A stretch of 62,811 bases of DNA, filler included, from Sluysia triapertura (Eukaryota): NCBI GenBank assembly GCA_046118255.1. It is 4 parts of 4 records of this genome, joined end to end, with 100 filler letters (N's around TTAATTAATTAA, not from the genome) between each part and the next. Parts side by side here need not be neighbours in the genome. Positions count along the whole stretch, not along the records: positions 47,035 to 62,811 come from JBJNIA010219358.1; 3 more parts are not named here. One strand, given 5' to 3'. Both the position numbers and the translations under genes were made by a program. Below are positions 51,575 through 62,811 of the stretch, piece after piece. The notes under the pieces are model-generated. The model saw only the letters and a list, made by a program, of their open reading frames with translations. It was not told the DNA's origin and did not search any database. Numbering within the stretch: position 1 is the first letter of the stretch; every line of letters starts with the position of its first letter.

Positions 51575-52330
51575 GTTTACATTAAAATTACTATTTGACA
51601 ATAAAGAGACATCCATACTTTTAAATGTGCTATATTATGATGTTTTGAATCATAAATTGGATTCATAAATTCTTCTTTATTGTGATTAAAGAAGTCCCAA
51701 ACTGATAATGTGTTTTCTAAAATTAACTTTGATTCAACTCTGTACTTTTCACAGTTTCCGACGAACGTTCCATCTTTGAAACATCCTCAGTAATTTTTCA
51801 TTATATTCGAAATGGACTAGATAAGTGCTCATAAGTTGATATAAACAGTCAAGAAATTGAATAAACACCGGAGCTACTTCAAATGAATTTGAATTCATAT
51901 ATAATTGTCCACATGTGTCCCCAATTTTATGTCCGAATAATCACCAGTCTTCTAATCTTCTAATCCTTTAAAAGTTCACGAATAAGGATTGATTATAACT
52001 TGCGCTAATGCATAACGTGAGATATTCGATCCCAACAACCACTGCAGTGAACCAACACATTTTCTCACATATATATCCAAAATCATTTTTAAATAATATA
52101 GTCATCCACTTTTTCAATAACTGTTATATATTGTGGATAAATTAAATATAAATTGCGACAATCTTGTATAAATTTTCAAGCTACTTCTCATAACATGAAT
52201 ATTTTCAACATCGAAAAACTTCAAATCAATATCTTCATAAACATCAGCAGTTTCAAATCCTGTTCCTTTAGCTTTATTCGTAATTAAGTTAATTATTGGT
52301 CAAGTGTAGATTGTAGTGTTCAATTCATCC
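51575..52330 (-). pseudogene. Intronless degraded myotubularin phosphatase (MTMR6/7/8-like) copy
   Basis: NKAKGTGFETADVYEDIDLKFFDVENIHVMRSSLK; EKSG*LYYLKMILD; ENVLVHCSGCWDRIS (degenerate HCSDGWDRT, 52026-52053); FGHKIGDTCGQL; EVAPVFIQFLDCLYQL; FEYNEKLL; GTFVGNCEKYR. Several frameshifts; missed by the ORF track. Confidence 0.92.
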
Positions 52331-53619
52331 ACGAACCATAAAAAAACTCAACTACAAATATTCCATACGCAGTACAACCTTACCACATCTTTTACACATG
52401 ATAACATCTAAAATATAACATACTTTAAACATATATTAAATATAATCTAATATATTTAGATTACAATAATTAATCATAATAGCATTAACTTTAATCCGCC
52501 GATATTGCCTCTCTCATTTGCATCAACATTGTGTTAATTATCACAATATTAAACAATATTAGATAATAATAATATATAATTATCACTTGTTATATGTGTT
52601 AAATGACTAATTTTATACTAAATTCAATAATTGTAACTAATTCAATTCACTTTGATGACAATTCAATTCACTTTGATGACTAATTGTAACTAATTCATCA
52701 CACATAATTGATTAATTACTATACTAATCTATAAATATATATATTATTGATTAATTGTTATTGATTTTTTGAAATTATTTTTATCTGACTAAATTTATTT
52801 ATTAACTTTATCTGGAAATAATGTATGAATTTATTTATTAATTTTATCTGGAAAATTCTAAAGTATGTTTTATTAATTATTTTATTAAATTTTTATTTCT
52901 AACTTTTAATATTAATTATTAACTTTTAATATTAATTATTATTTTAATCAAACGTGATTATTTTCGAAATATTTTGTTTTAATCTGATCTTTCAAGGTCA
53001 GATTAAAACTACTATAAAAACAAGCTTAATTTTCATAATTTACACATAATTTTTAAAGAAAAAGATTTCATAATTTGTTTACAAGTTTTCAATATTTGGT
53101 GAAGTTGTTAATTTCAAAAGGACCAATCTATTAAAAAAGGAAAAAATCACGTTAGATAATTATTATTAAGACAAGATATTATTATAATATCGTTTGCAAC
53201 ATTTATACTTAAACTCATTGAATAAATCTGGACCATTTATTATTATCATTTTTATTTCACATATCTTTATTATTTTTATTATTATTAAATTTTGTTTCTA
53301 ACCACTACAACCTGCCATCAATTGAGAGTTTTTAATTTAATTTAGTACACATAATTTTGTGAATGCAAATTGATGACAGTTGTTCAATCAGAGTTTAACT
53401 GTTTTAGGAGTTGTCATGTTGTAATATGGGTTGTTGTTTGAGATTAAAAACTTTTAAATAGATTTTTACATTTTACGTTTTATTTCTTTATAATCTTTAT
53501 GGTTTAAATATACTTTATCACATTTAATTCTTCGAAAATATCGTTTAACTTTGGTTGAATAAATAAAAAGATCACTATTTATTATATTTATAATATTTTA
53601 AATTTGATTAACAGATAAT

Positions 53620-55270
53620 TTTAAAGTCCATTTATAGAGAATAACCTCTTCGAATTCAAAATTTTCAAGTTTCTAAATAACAATAAAGGATGATAAAACT
53701 CAATTATAAGAACGTAAATACGGTAAGAAATAATAATTACCTTTAAGTTATGAAAATTTTTATCGTGAAGAGTTTTTCGTTCAAATTTTAAATCAATTGA
53801 TGAATTCTTTGTTTATGATCTGTTAAGTATGACACAAACGAAATTTTCCGACAATTCAGTTCCGAACCTTGTACAATTTCCATCTAAATTCGTAGTATGA
53901 AGACACCAACCAGACTTAAAGTGAAGTATCTCTCGTCCAAAACTTATTGTCTTATTTGAGTTCTGATAGTACATGTGTGGGTCTGAGCGATGTTATCATT
54001 TAAGAATAATCTTCAGTGAATATACTGTCATTTACCGGAAATTTTAATGGCTTCAAAATTTTAATTTCTTTAATTTTAAAAATTTGGAAGAGCCAATTTG
54101 GCATATTTATAAACGATTGTATAGAATTGGTTCTTTATTTACGCATACAATGAAGTCATCTTGTAAATTATTTAATGTAAAGTCAGAATCACGTTTATCC
54201 AATACATAACGCAAAATAACTAAATCATTATCACTGCACTTAAAACGATTGTAACTAATTTCTACTTCATTCTCATCTTCACTAATCCATCCTAAGAAGA
54301 TAGCGTTATGAATATCATAATTCTGTAAACTTTTAATAGGCTCACAAAATTGTTTTCTCTTAGTTTCAAAATTATTTTTTATTAAAAAAGTATAAGAACA
54401 CAAATTTACTTTAAACATTAGTCGTAATATAAGACATTCATGCTTATATTTAATAATTTTACTTACTTATACCCAAATACGTTCAATACTATTATTTAGA
54501 CTATGGGCATTTAGCTTGGTATAAGATACAACTTCTTTTATGAGTGATTTGGATTGTTCCGAAGTTATTAAGTGATCTTCTTAAAATTATTTCCAACAAA
54601 ACGGATAATATTAATTTCTAAATCTTTAATGTCGCCGAAGTGATCGTAATTAAAAATATCTTCATATAAATTGAAAGATTAATAGTTAGAACACGTATCT
54701 CGTCATTTATTTTAATATCTTTTGTAAATTCATCTTGTGTACTGTGGCCATCAGTTATAGAATCAAATAGTAACGTGGTTATTTCAAAATCATCTTTATC
54801 ATTAATCTTTTAGGTCATTGTAATGTGTGATTCAAGGATTAACATGCGACATATTAACTCTGTTCGAGCTTTCGATCTAAACATTATATTTCTTGATAAA
54901 TAAGTGCCATTCAATGTTTTTTGTAAATAATTTTTATTAATTAAAAAAAGTCAGTATACTCTATTGTGATTGACGTGTTACTTATGTTATAAAATATTGT
55001 TATTAAAAGAAGTTTTATACTAGATTATAAATATTGGTAAATTAGGATGATGTGTTTTATATCTGTTTGTATAATGCCAATTGTGATATTAAATTAGGAT
55101 TTGATTATTTTAAAGAGATATGGGCTTGTTCTTCACAAAATTAATTATCTTCAGATAATTGTCAGGCAATCTAAAGTCGGAAATTCATTGGAAATTAATA
55201 TTAAAATTCCATTTTAGTAATGGGTCGGCATAAAACCAACTCTAAGAAAATAGCATGTATAGTAGACATG
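53620..55270 (-). pseudogene. Degraded large type I membrane glycoprotein-like ORF
   Basis: Signal-like start MSTIHAIFLELVLC (about 55270), about 1.6 kb of coding-like sequence including ORF 54107-54418 and Cys-rich GWCLHTTNLDGNCTRFG..FVCV, and a hydrophobic end. No introns. Confidence 0.4.
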
Positions 55271-57348
55271 CAAAATAATTAAATTGAATTCCAGACTATC
55301 TGCTAATTTTTACATAAAATCACAATAAAAATCCAAAAAAAACGTCAACAGTAACAGTTGACAAATTAGTCAAGCACTTCTTGCTATAGGGACGCTGGGT
55401 TCAATTGAGTTGTGGATAATGCTCATTAAATGTTTTTCTTCAGCAATAAGTTTATGTGGTTAGTATAGAGTTAAGATTCATTTTGTTTTTATTATTATTT
55501 TATATTTTATTTTATACACAACATTTATGTTGTGTAACTAATGCGATATTTAATGAGTTTGACAATAATTTATTAAAGAATTTGATTAACTATATAAAAG
55601 TTTGATTTATATAACTGTAATTGTAATATAAAGAATTGTCATATAAAGATGTGATTTGTATAACTGTTATATAAGAATACATCGAGATTTAGTTTTATTT
55701 GTTATTATGTAAAGTGATCGGCTGAACCACCACAATATTATTTCAAGATAACAAAGAAACAATTGAAAATATTAAAGAATATTGAGCTTTTACCTTTCAA
55801 TTGTGTTGATGTTTTTTGAAATTTATTATGATCAAGAGAAAACTCATTTTAAAAATAACAAAAATAATTTGCAAAATTTAATGAAAATCAGAATATATTT
55901 TTATCTTAATTTCACATAAAGTATTAATGGCATTATTAAATTTCTTTAAATGATTGAAGCTTTAATAAAATTTTCATTTCATAAGACACGTATATTTGTT
56001 TTAATATGTTAATCTTATATTCTAAATGTACGATCAAAGTTAAAAAATTGCAAGAATAATCTATAAAATTGCCTTTTTTAACGTAGATTAACATATTTTA
56101 AATATAAAAATAAGTTTTGATTATTATTGAATACCATATGCTATAAGTAAAATATATGTCTATGGAATTGTGGATAGAATAGTATTTGCACACTGATCAG
56201 TCGACTATAAATCACATCTGTATGTTATATTATCGATTATTTCTGCGTTTTACAGTTTTTAGGCCAATACTATTTTCATATACATATTAATCTACCAACT
56301 ATTGTTGTATTAATAAATAAAAATACATTTATTAATTGATTTTAGTGTTGTTTGTACGTAATAAAGATCAGATAATAAAATATAAAAAAATTATTTTAAA
56401 TTATGGAAATTTATAATTATTATCAGATTTTATAATAATGTATTTTGTTAACATTTCCATTTCCTGATTAATTTCCTTATTTATCATACTCTAAATCCGG
56501 CCTTAAACCAAACAAAACATTAATGTTAACATACTTATTGTAATCTTTTCTGTAATATTATCTTTTGTGCACTGAATGTTACAAAAAAGTAAAATATACT
56601 GTCTCGTCAATTAATTATATTTTAAGTTTAAATTAAGAATATTTTATCTAATAAAAATGGACATTATTATTTTATTTGTAAAATTGTAAACAAAAGTGTT
56701 GCATTAATTTACTTTCAAAATTTTATTGCAAATAAGTTTATGCTAAACGTTTATCTCTAAAATTGCATTAGATACTTTTTATCCTGTTAATTAATTAAGT
56801 TATAATTAGTCTTGTGGTGGCCAACCTATGACTTAACAAATTTTATTAAAGTTTTTCTTTATAACACTGCAAAATCAAATTCACTTTCAAAACTTACAAT
56901 GTACATTTTAAGAACTCTTTAAAAACATTTTTTCACATAGTCTTATATCAGCATAATCAAAATCACCCGCATGGTTTTCAATGCATTCATATTTTTTTGG
57001 TAGACGGAAGGTAAGTAAGATTAATTACTAAGAACTTTAATAAGAATGTTAAAGTTTATAAATCTAATTATAATATTACGGATTTATAAAGTATTAATGT
57101 GTAAAGGTGTATAAAATTATTATATTTTTGAATATCAAAAAATGATTGTAAAAATTATTAAAATTACTATTATTTAAAAAATCCTAATAATAATTAAATT
57201 AAAATTAAAATTAGTAATTAATTTTTTTAAAAGTAAACTAAAGGAATGTGCGAGTACAGAGAATTGTTTTATTAAAGTAATTTTTTAAAATATGTCTTTA
57301 TGAATATATAAAGAACACAAAGAAGAAAAAGCCATATTACTTTACCAG

Positions 57349-57609
57349 AAACCTTATTTCATTTGTCAGCAGTTCAATTAATTCGTTATTTTGGTAATTC
57401 AATCCAGTCGTCATCAGAAAAGTTATTAAGTCATTTACATCTTATTTCTGGTGCTCCAGCAGTTCTCAAATTCGTCAACCATCCAACAGCATTATATCCC
57501 GCGTCTACGATAAAAGAGAATACAACTTCCAGTTATCAACAAGCCAAGCAATCAAATTATTTGGGAAAAACAATTCTAGAGCTCGAACACTCTTTTGTTA
57601 ATAAAATTT
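57349..57609 (+). CDS. Internal coding exon, probably the next exon of the zinc-finger gene
   Basis: ttactttaccag| 261 bp open |gtaagt; phase 1-1, compatible with the exon ending at 41424 (..DQN-E-TLFHLSAVQL..). Confidence 0.7.
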
Positions 57610-59507
57610 GTAAGTTTGTTTTGTATAATTTGAACACTCAATGTGAGTTAAAATATCCACGTAAAATATCAAATTTTCGGTTGGTCATTAAGATCAATCA
57701 TAAAATCACTTTAAATTCTAAATTCATAGCTTTTTAGTTGGCACTTAAAGGCAATTATAAAATACTTATCAATAGGTAGAGTCTTCGGGCTAACCTTTTA
57801 TTATAAATCATTAAATCTTATTATTATACTTTTAATATTTACAAAATTTGAATTATTAGTACTTTTCTTTTTATCTTTATAAATTCACCAATGTATTATT
57901 TTAATTTATTCAATTTATTCAAATTGTCGTACAATAAAAATTGGATAGTGTGAAGTTTTTGTTTATGAGAATTTTGTGTTAAATTCGTGAATATAAGTCG
58001 AACTTACATTTTTTATATTGTAGGAAATTTAAAAAATTATATAGGTTATTATTAGTGGAAATAAGTGAATTACAGTTTAAACTCTCTAACATATTAAGTA
58101 ATTGAAGTTAAGCTTAAGAAATAAAATAATATGTTTTTATATAAATATTGTCGATCTTAATCTTATATTAACTTAAATATTGTATATTCCAACGTTGGTC
58201 GTGATTATTTTTTAAGTTATTTAGTGTCAGACTATTTTGTCCATTATTGTTTAAATTAACTTTTAGAATTGTTTTCACGTAATTTTACAGGTACGCCATT
58301 AGTAAGTCGTATAATGTAAAGGACTCTGAATAATAATAATTTATTTTACTGTAAGTTAGGCTCTTTATTAAGAAAAACTCAGCAAATTTTAAAGAAAATT
58401 AATGAAATAATCAATTTTAAAATTTTATAATCACATTTTGTATAATAATAGTGAAAGATAAGTTTAATTATCTGCAAATGATTTTCTAATAGTGGAAAGT
58501 AGTTATATTAATATAATAAAATATAAGAAAACGGCATTATATATAATTTTTAAATTACAATTTTTTTACACTTATCAAGCAATAATATCTCTAAAAAAAT
58601 TGCACTTAAAGTATATTTATCTTTTTAAATGCCACTATTTAAATAAAAGAGATTTATTTGCAGATAATTTATGCAGTAAAGAAATAGAAAATGGTTTTTA
58701 TTTCTTGATTTTAATTTTTTATTAAATATTTTAGTGTCTTTATTTTATATAGATGTTTTATTAATTTTTAAATTAATTATTATTAACAAATAAATAATAT
58801 AATTTTCTTATAAACCGTTTTAACATTTTGCATTAAAAAGTTAGTATTTTAGTATTTTTATAAATAGTTTTATTGTAATATAAATAGAATGTTGTAAAAT
58901 TATTTAATAATTTAATAACTCATTAGAATTCATTTTAATTCCATTTAAACATTCGATTTTCTTCAAAAACAATTATTCAACTTTGTTTAAATTTTCTAAG
59001 TATTCTGTAAGATGAATCAAATTTGAAACAGTAAATTTTTATTTAAATATTTTTTAAAAATTTCTTCAAAAAAATTTATGAATTAAAATATATATATGTA
59101 TTACTTTTATATTACTTAAAATTTTTGCATTATATTTTCCAATTATTAAATTATTATTAAATTATTATATATAATAAATTAAAAAAATTAAAAAATATAA
59201 AGAAAAGTCAATTTAAAATTAAACCTTAAAAAAGAAAGTAAAAAATGGAAAAAATTAAAACTTAAAAATAAAAATTTTTCAATAAAAATTGTTTGTTAAT
59301 GAAATGGAAAAAATAAATGATAGAGAACATCTTAATCGAACAAATTAACGTTTCTTCCTGAGCCGCGTTCATTCATGCAAATATAATGAATAAGGCAAAA
59401 TGGAAAAAATGAAATATATATGTACACGGAAAAATAAAATAAAAACAAAAACTGTAGTAAATTCACTTCAGAAAAAATTGAGTAATGAATTTGGAAAAGT
59501 AGTATTA

Positions 59508-59508
<1 letters not shown>

Positions 59509-59570
<62 letters not shown>
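59509..59570. repeat. (AAT)n microsatellite
   Basis: Seen directly. Confidence 0.95.
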
Positions 59571-59576
<6 letters not shown>

Positions 59577-62500
59577 CAAAAATTTCCTACGATTATAATT
59601 GTAATAAATTAAAAAAGTTTACCTTAATTATATCTAAATTAAATAAAGTTCGTTATTAATTAAATTAATTTTACTATTTTATTAAAATTAAATATGAAAT
59701 ATTAAAAACAAAAATGAATATTTTAAATCAAACTTTAATAATTGTGATATATAATTAAATAATCAATTGACCGAATATGTTCAATAGACAGACAAATATT
59801 TCTTAAGATACTTTTACTAATATTTTTAAATCATATATTTTAATGTAATATAAACAAATAAGATTATAAACAAATAAACAAATAGTTTATAAACTTGAAA
59901 AAGATCTATATAAAAAAGTAATAATTAGATTAATAATTTATTTAAAAATTATGAAGTTTTTTCATTAAATAGTAAGCATATTAAAGAAAGAAAATTAAGA
60001 AATTATTGATTTTTTGCGGAAAATTAGGATAATACATTTTTCACAGTAATATAAATGAGCTTGATTATAGATCAAAAAGGAAAAAAATTTAACAATGTGT
60101 AAAAAATAAATTTCAGCTTGTAGACTGCAATAAGGAATGTCCACTAATACTTTATTTTCAATGTGGCATAGAGCCGGTAATTCCGGCTTTAATGTTATGA
60201 AGTATCGTTTTCCATTTAATTAAAACAAATAATAAATTAAAAATAGTCATTGAAATCGAAACTTTCGTCTTTAACATGATTCATGTAGTTTTGCTAAATG
60301 TGTTACTATACAATCATAAATAAATGTTATATATTTAACCCAAGTCTTACTATAAGAACTTACGAAAGTCAATCTATGTATTTATGCGTGAGGAAAATAA
60401 ATTTTTAAATGATGTTGAAATAAAAGTTTGCAAAGGTCAATAAGGCTAATTGATATTAATTATGTATTTAATTTGAGTTTATGAATTCATTAAATGATTC
60501 AATTTTTCCAAGTGATGGAAGATTTTATTTCCTTTTTTAAATCAGGATTGATTTTAAGAATCGTTTTAAATAGGTCTACAAAGACAAATATAAACGAAGT
60601 TTAAATAAAATGAAATTATATAAGTTAAATATACCTAGATTTTTATCTTCAATTAATGGGGTGTTGCAAAGGCACAAGTTATTTATGCTTTTGAAAGGTT
60701 ATTACGATTTCAGAACAAAATGATTACACAATAATATAACGAAATTTTTTGATAAACTTTTATTAGAATTAATAGTATAAACAAAATATGTACACAGTGT
60801 TATGACAAAACATTTATTGGAATTAATGTTTAATATATATATTTTATTAATATATATTTTATTAATAAAATAAAAAACTGACTTTATCAAATTAATAATA
60901 ATTAATTCTAACTGATCTTACTTTTGCAATATTTTGTCATATATATTAACACGTTGACGTACACTTTTTTCCTCATATTGCCCAAAACGCCCTTTTGTTA
61001 AATTATTTGATGCTGCCTTAAGCAAATAAACATAATTTGCATGTCCAAGAACTAAAGTTATCACGCATTTTCAAAACTTTTGACGGCTATAATCGTAATT
61101 TACTTATCGTAGCATTAATATTCGTACAAAAAATGTTCTTAGCTGTTAAGTAGAATGTTATATTTTTTTGTTGTTGGGGAGATTGCATTAATGCACTGGT
61201 AAATTCTGCGTTTATTGTGGTAAGTTTTTATTAATGGAAATATTTTTGTCGGCTATAGGTGTCATTTACTTTCAAGTTGACAAATAGTGGCGACTATCGG
61301 CGCACTCTGCGGCAACATATTAAAGTATCTGTTGAAAAATTATTAATTGGAGTTTGAGTATATTTTATTTTACTTCTTAAATCGCTTTAAACTTATATGA
61401 AATAAGCTAATGAATTTTAATATTAAATAAATAATTAAATTAAATTAAATTTAATTAAAATAAATAATTAAAATAAATCTGTGGCTCCAGGATATATGCT
61501 AATTAGTACTAAATCAGCTGTCTGTATGTAGGTGGATCCGTTAGATGCAATTCACAAGGACCACCTCTGAAAGTTTCTTCGTTCACCTGTCTCATAAATC
61601 GACTTTTCTTTGCTTTAGATATTTTAATCAATTCTATAAATTATCTAAAAATAATTGGAGTGGAAACACTGCATTTTACTTAGATTATTGAACAAAATGT
61701 TTACAAACCAACATCATTATTTGCCACGTAGGACAATTCGGTAAATCCTAAATAAATAACGTGACTTTAATAGGCTTTACAAAATACTTTAATTCTAATA
61801 TCTTCGTCATATATGTGTCGCTTGACGCAACTGGTTGAAAATCTATTTTAAATTTAATTGTTTGAAAACATCATATACATTGTCCTATCCATACAATATT
61901 TATTATACCTTGGTTCCACAATTTATTCCTTATCTAGTAAATAAATACATATGTGGTGTCGCGGCTATCCATAATAATTTCGTTATCCTTAACTTTCATA
62001 AAATTTCACATTCAACCTTTTCCTTTGAGCCTTCTACATTTTGCATAAACCATAAATAATATCCAATAAACTCTAAATATCACATCTAAATCATTTATAT
62101 TAATATTGTAACTTTCGAACGAACTTTCCATTTCAAACTCATAGTCCCTTTACCTCTACTTATCATTTACATCATCATTATCATCACTATTCGCATTATT
62201 TCTACTATTTTTATTATGCTCTTATTTTTATTATCGTCATTATTTTTATTATTTTCTTTATTTTTCTATTTTTATTACCTTTATTATCATTATTATTATC
62301 AAGACAATTACAAAGATTAGGAATGAATACATTTTATAATAATTTCCCAATAATTAATTGAATTAAAATTCTTGATTTATATTTTTGTAAAAATACTTTA
62401 GTTATTTTGTAATATCTGACTAAAAAATATTTTAAAAGTATTTTATCTAATCAATGTAATATATAAAAATAGACCTATTGTTACAGTTAAATACAGTCTT

Positions 62501-62811
62501 TATTGAAATTTTATTCTTTTATGCCACCTTCGGCTAACGGCAATGTTGTAAGCAAATTAATGAAATTAAGAAAATAAAAGTTACTGTACCAACTAGTACT
62601 AAAAGTCATTTAAATGTTGTTATTCATGGGTTCACTGGCAATTCAAAGATTTAATAATACTCTACATGATCAATCAACAATTAGGTTAGATTATTGCCCT
62701 AAAGTTTTGTTAGGCAAATTAGAGTTGACCTTTTTATTGATAGAATCAAACTCTGATATCACATTAGACGTTACACATCTAATATTTAGTAATTGCAATA
62801 TAATTTTTACT

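Overview
Very AT-rich eukaryotic (animal) genomic DNA with spliceosomal introns, (ATT)n microsatellites and four assembly gaps. The composition and gene style suggest a flatworm such as a planarian, but that is inference. Three gaps are 100-bp N-runs containing a TTAATTAATTAA linker, so adjacency across them is uncertain. Host genes on the + strand are the last exon of a KCNQ1-like K+ channel, an intronless Ly6/uPAR-like ORF, six exons of a very divergent KSR-like pseudokinase, and three exons of a ZNF532/592/687-like zinc-finger gene. Around and inside these genes lie degraded, intronless, tightly packed ORFs: a chuvirus-type (class III, gB-like) envelope glycoprotein, several signal-peptide/TM protein remnants, and processed copies of host genes (vigilin KH pair, RABL2, MTMR6/7/8 myotubularin). 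The most unusual non-coding signal is an array of five hairpins at 2299-2670. Their stems differ in sequence but pair perfectly around an invariant CC-(N)TTAC-GG-T core. My working hypothesis is that these are remnants of large cargo-carrying, possibly enveloped, mobile elements with a conserved cis-acting hairpin array; no gag/pol is visible in the window. All homology calls come from manual translation and remembered family motifs, not from database searches.
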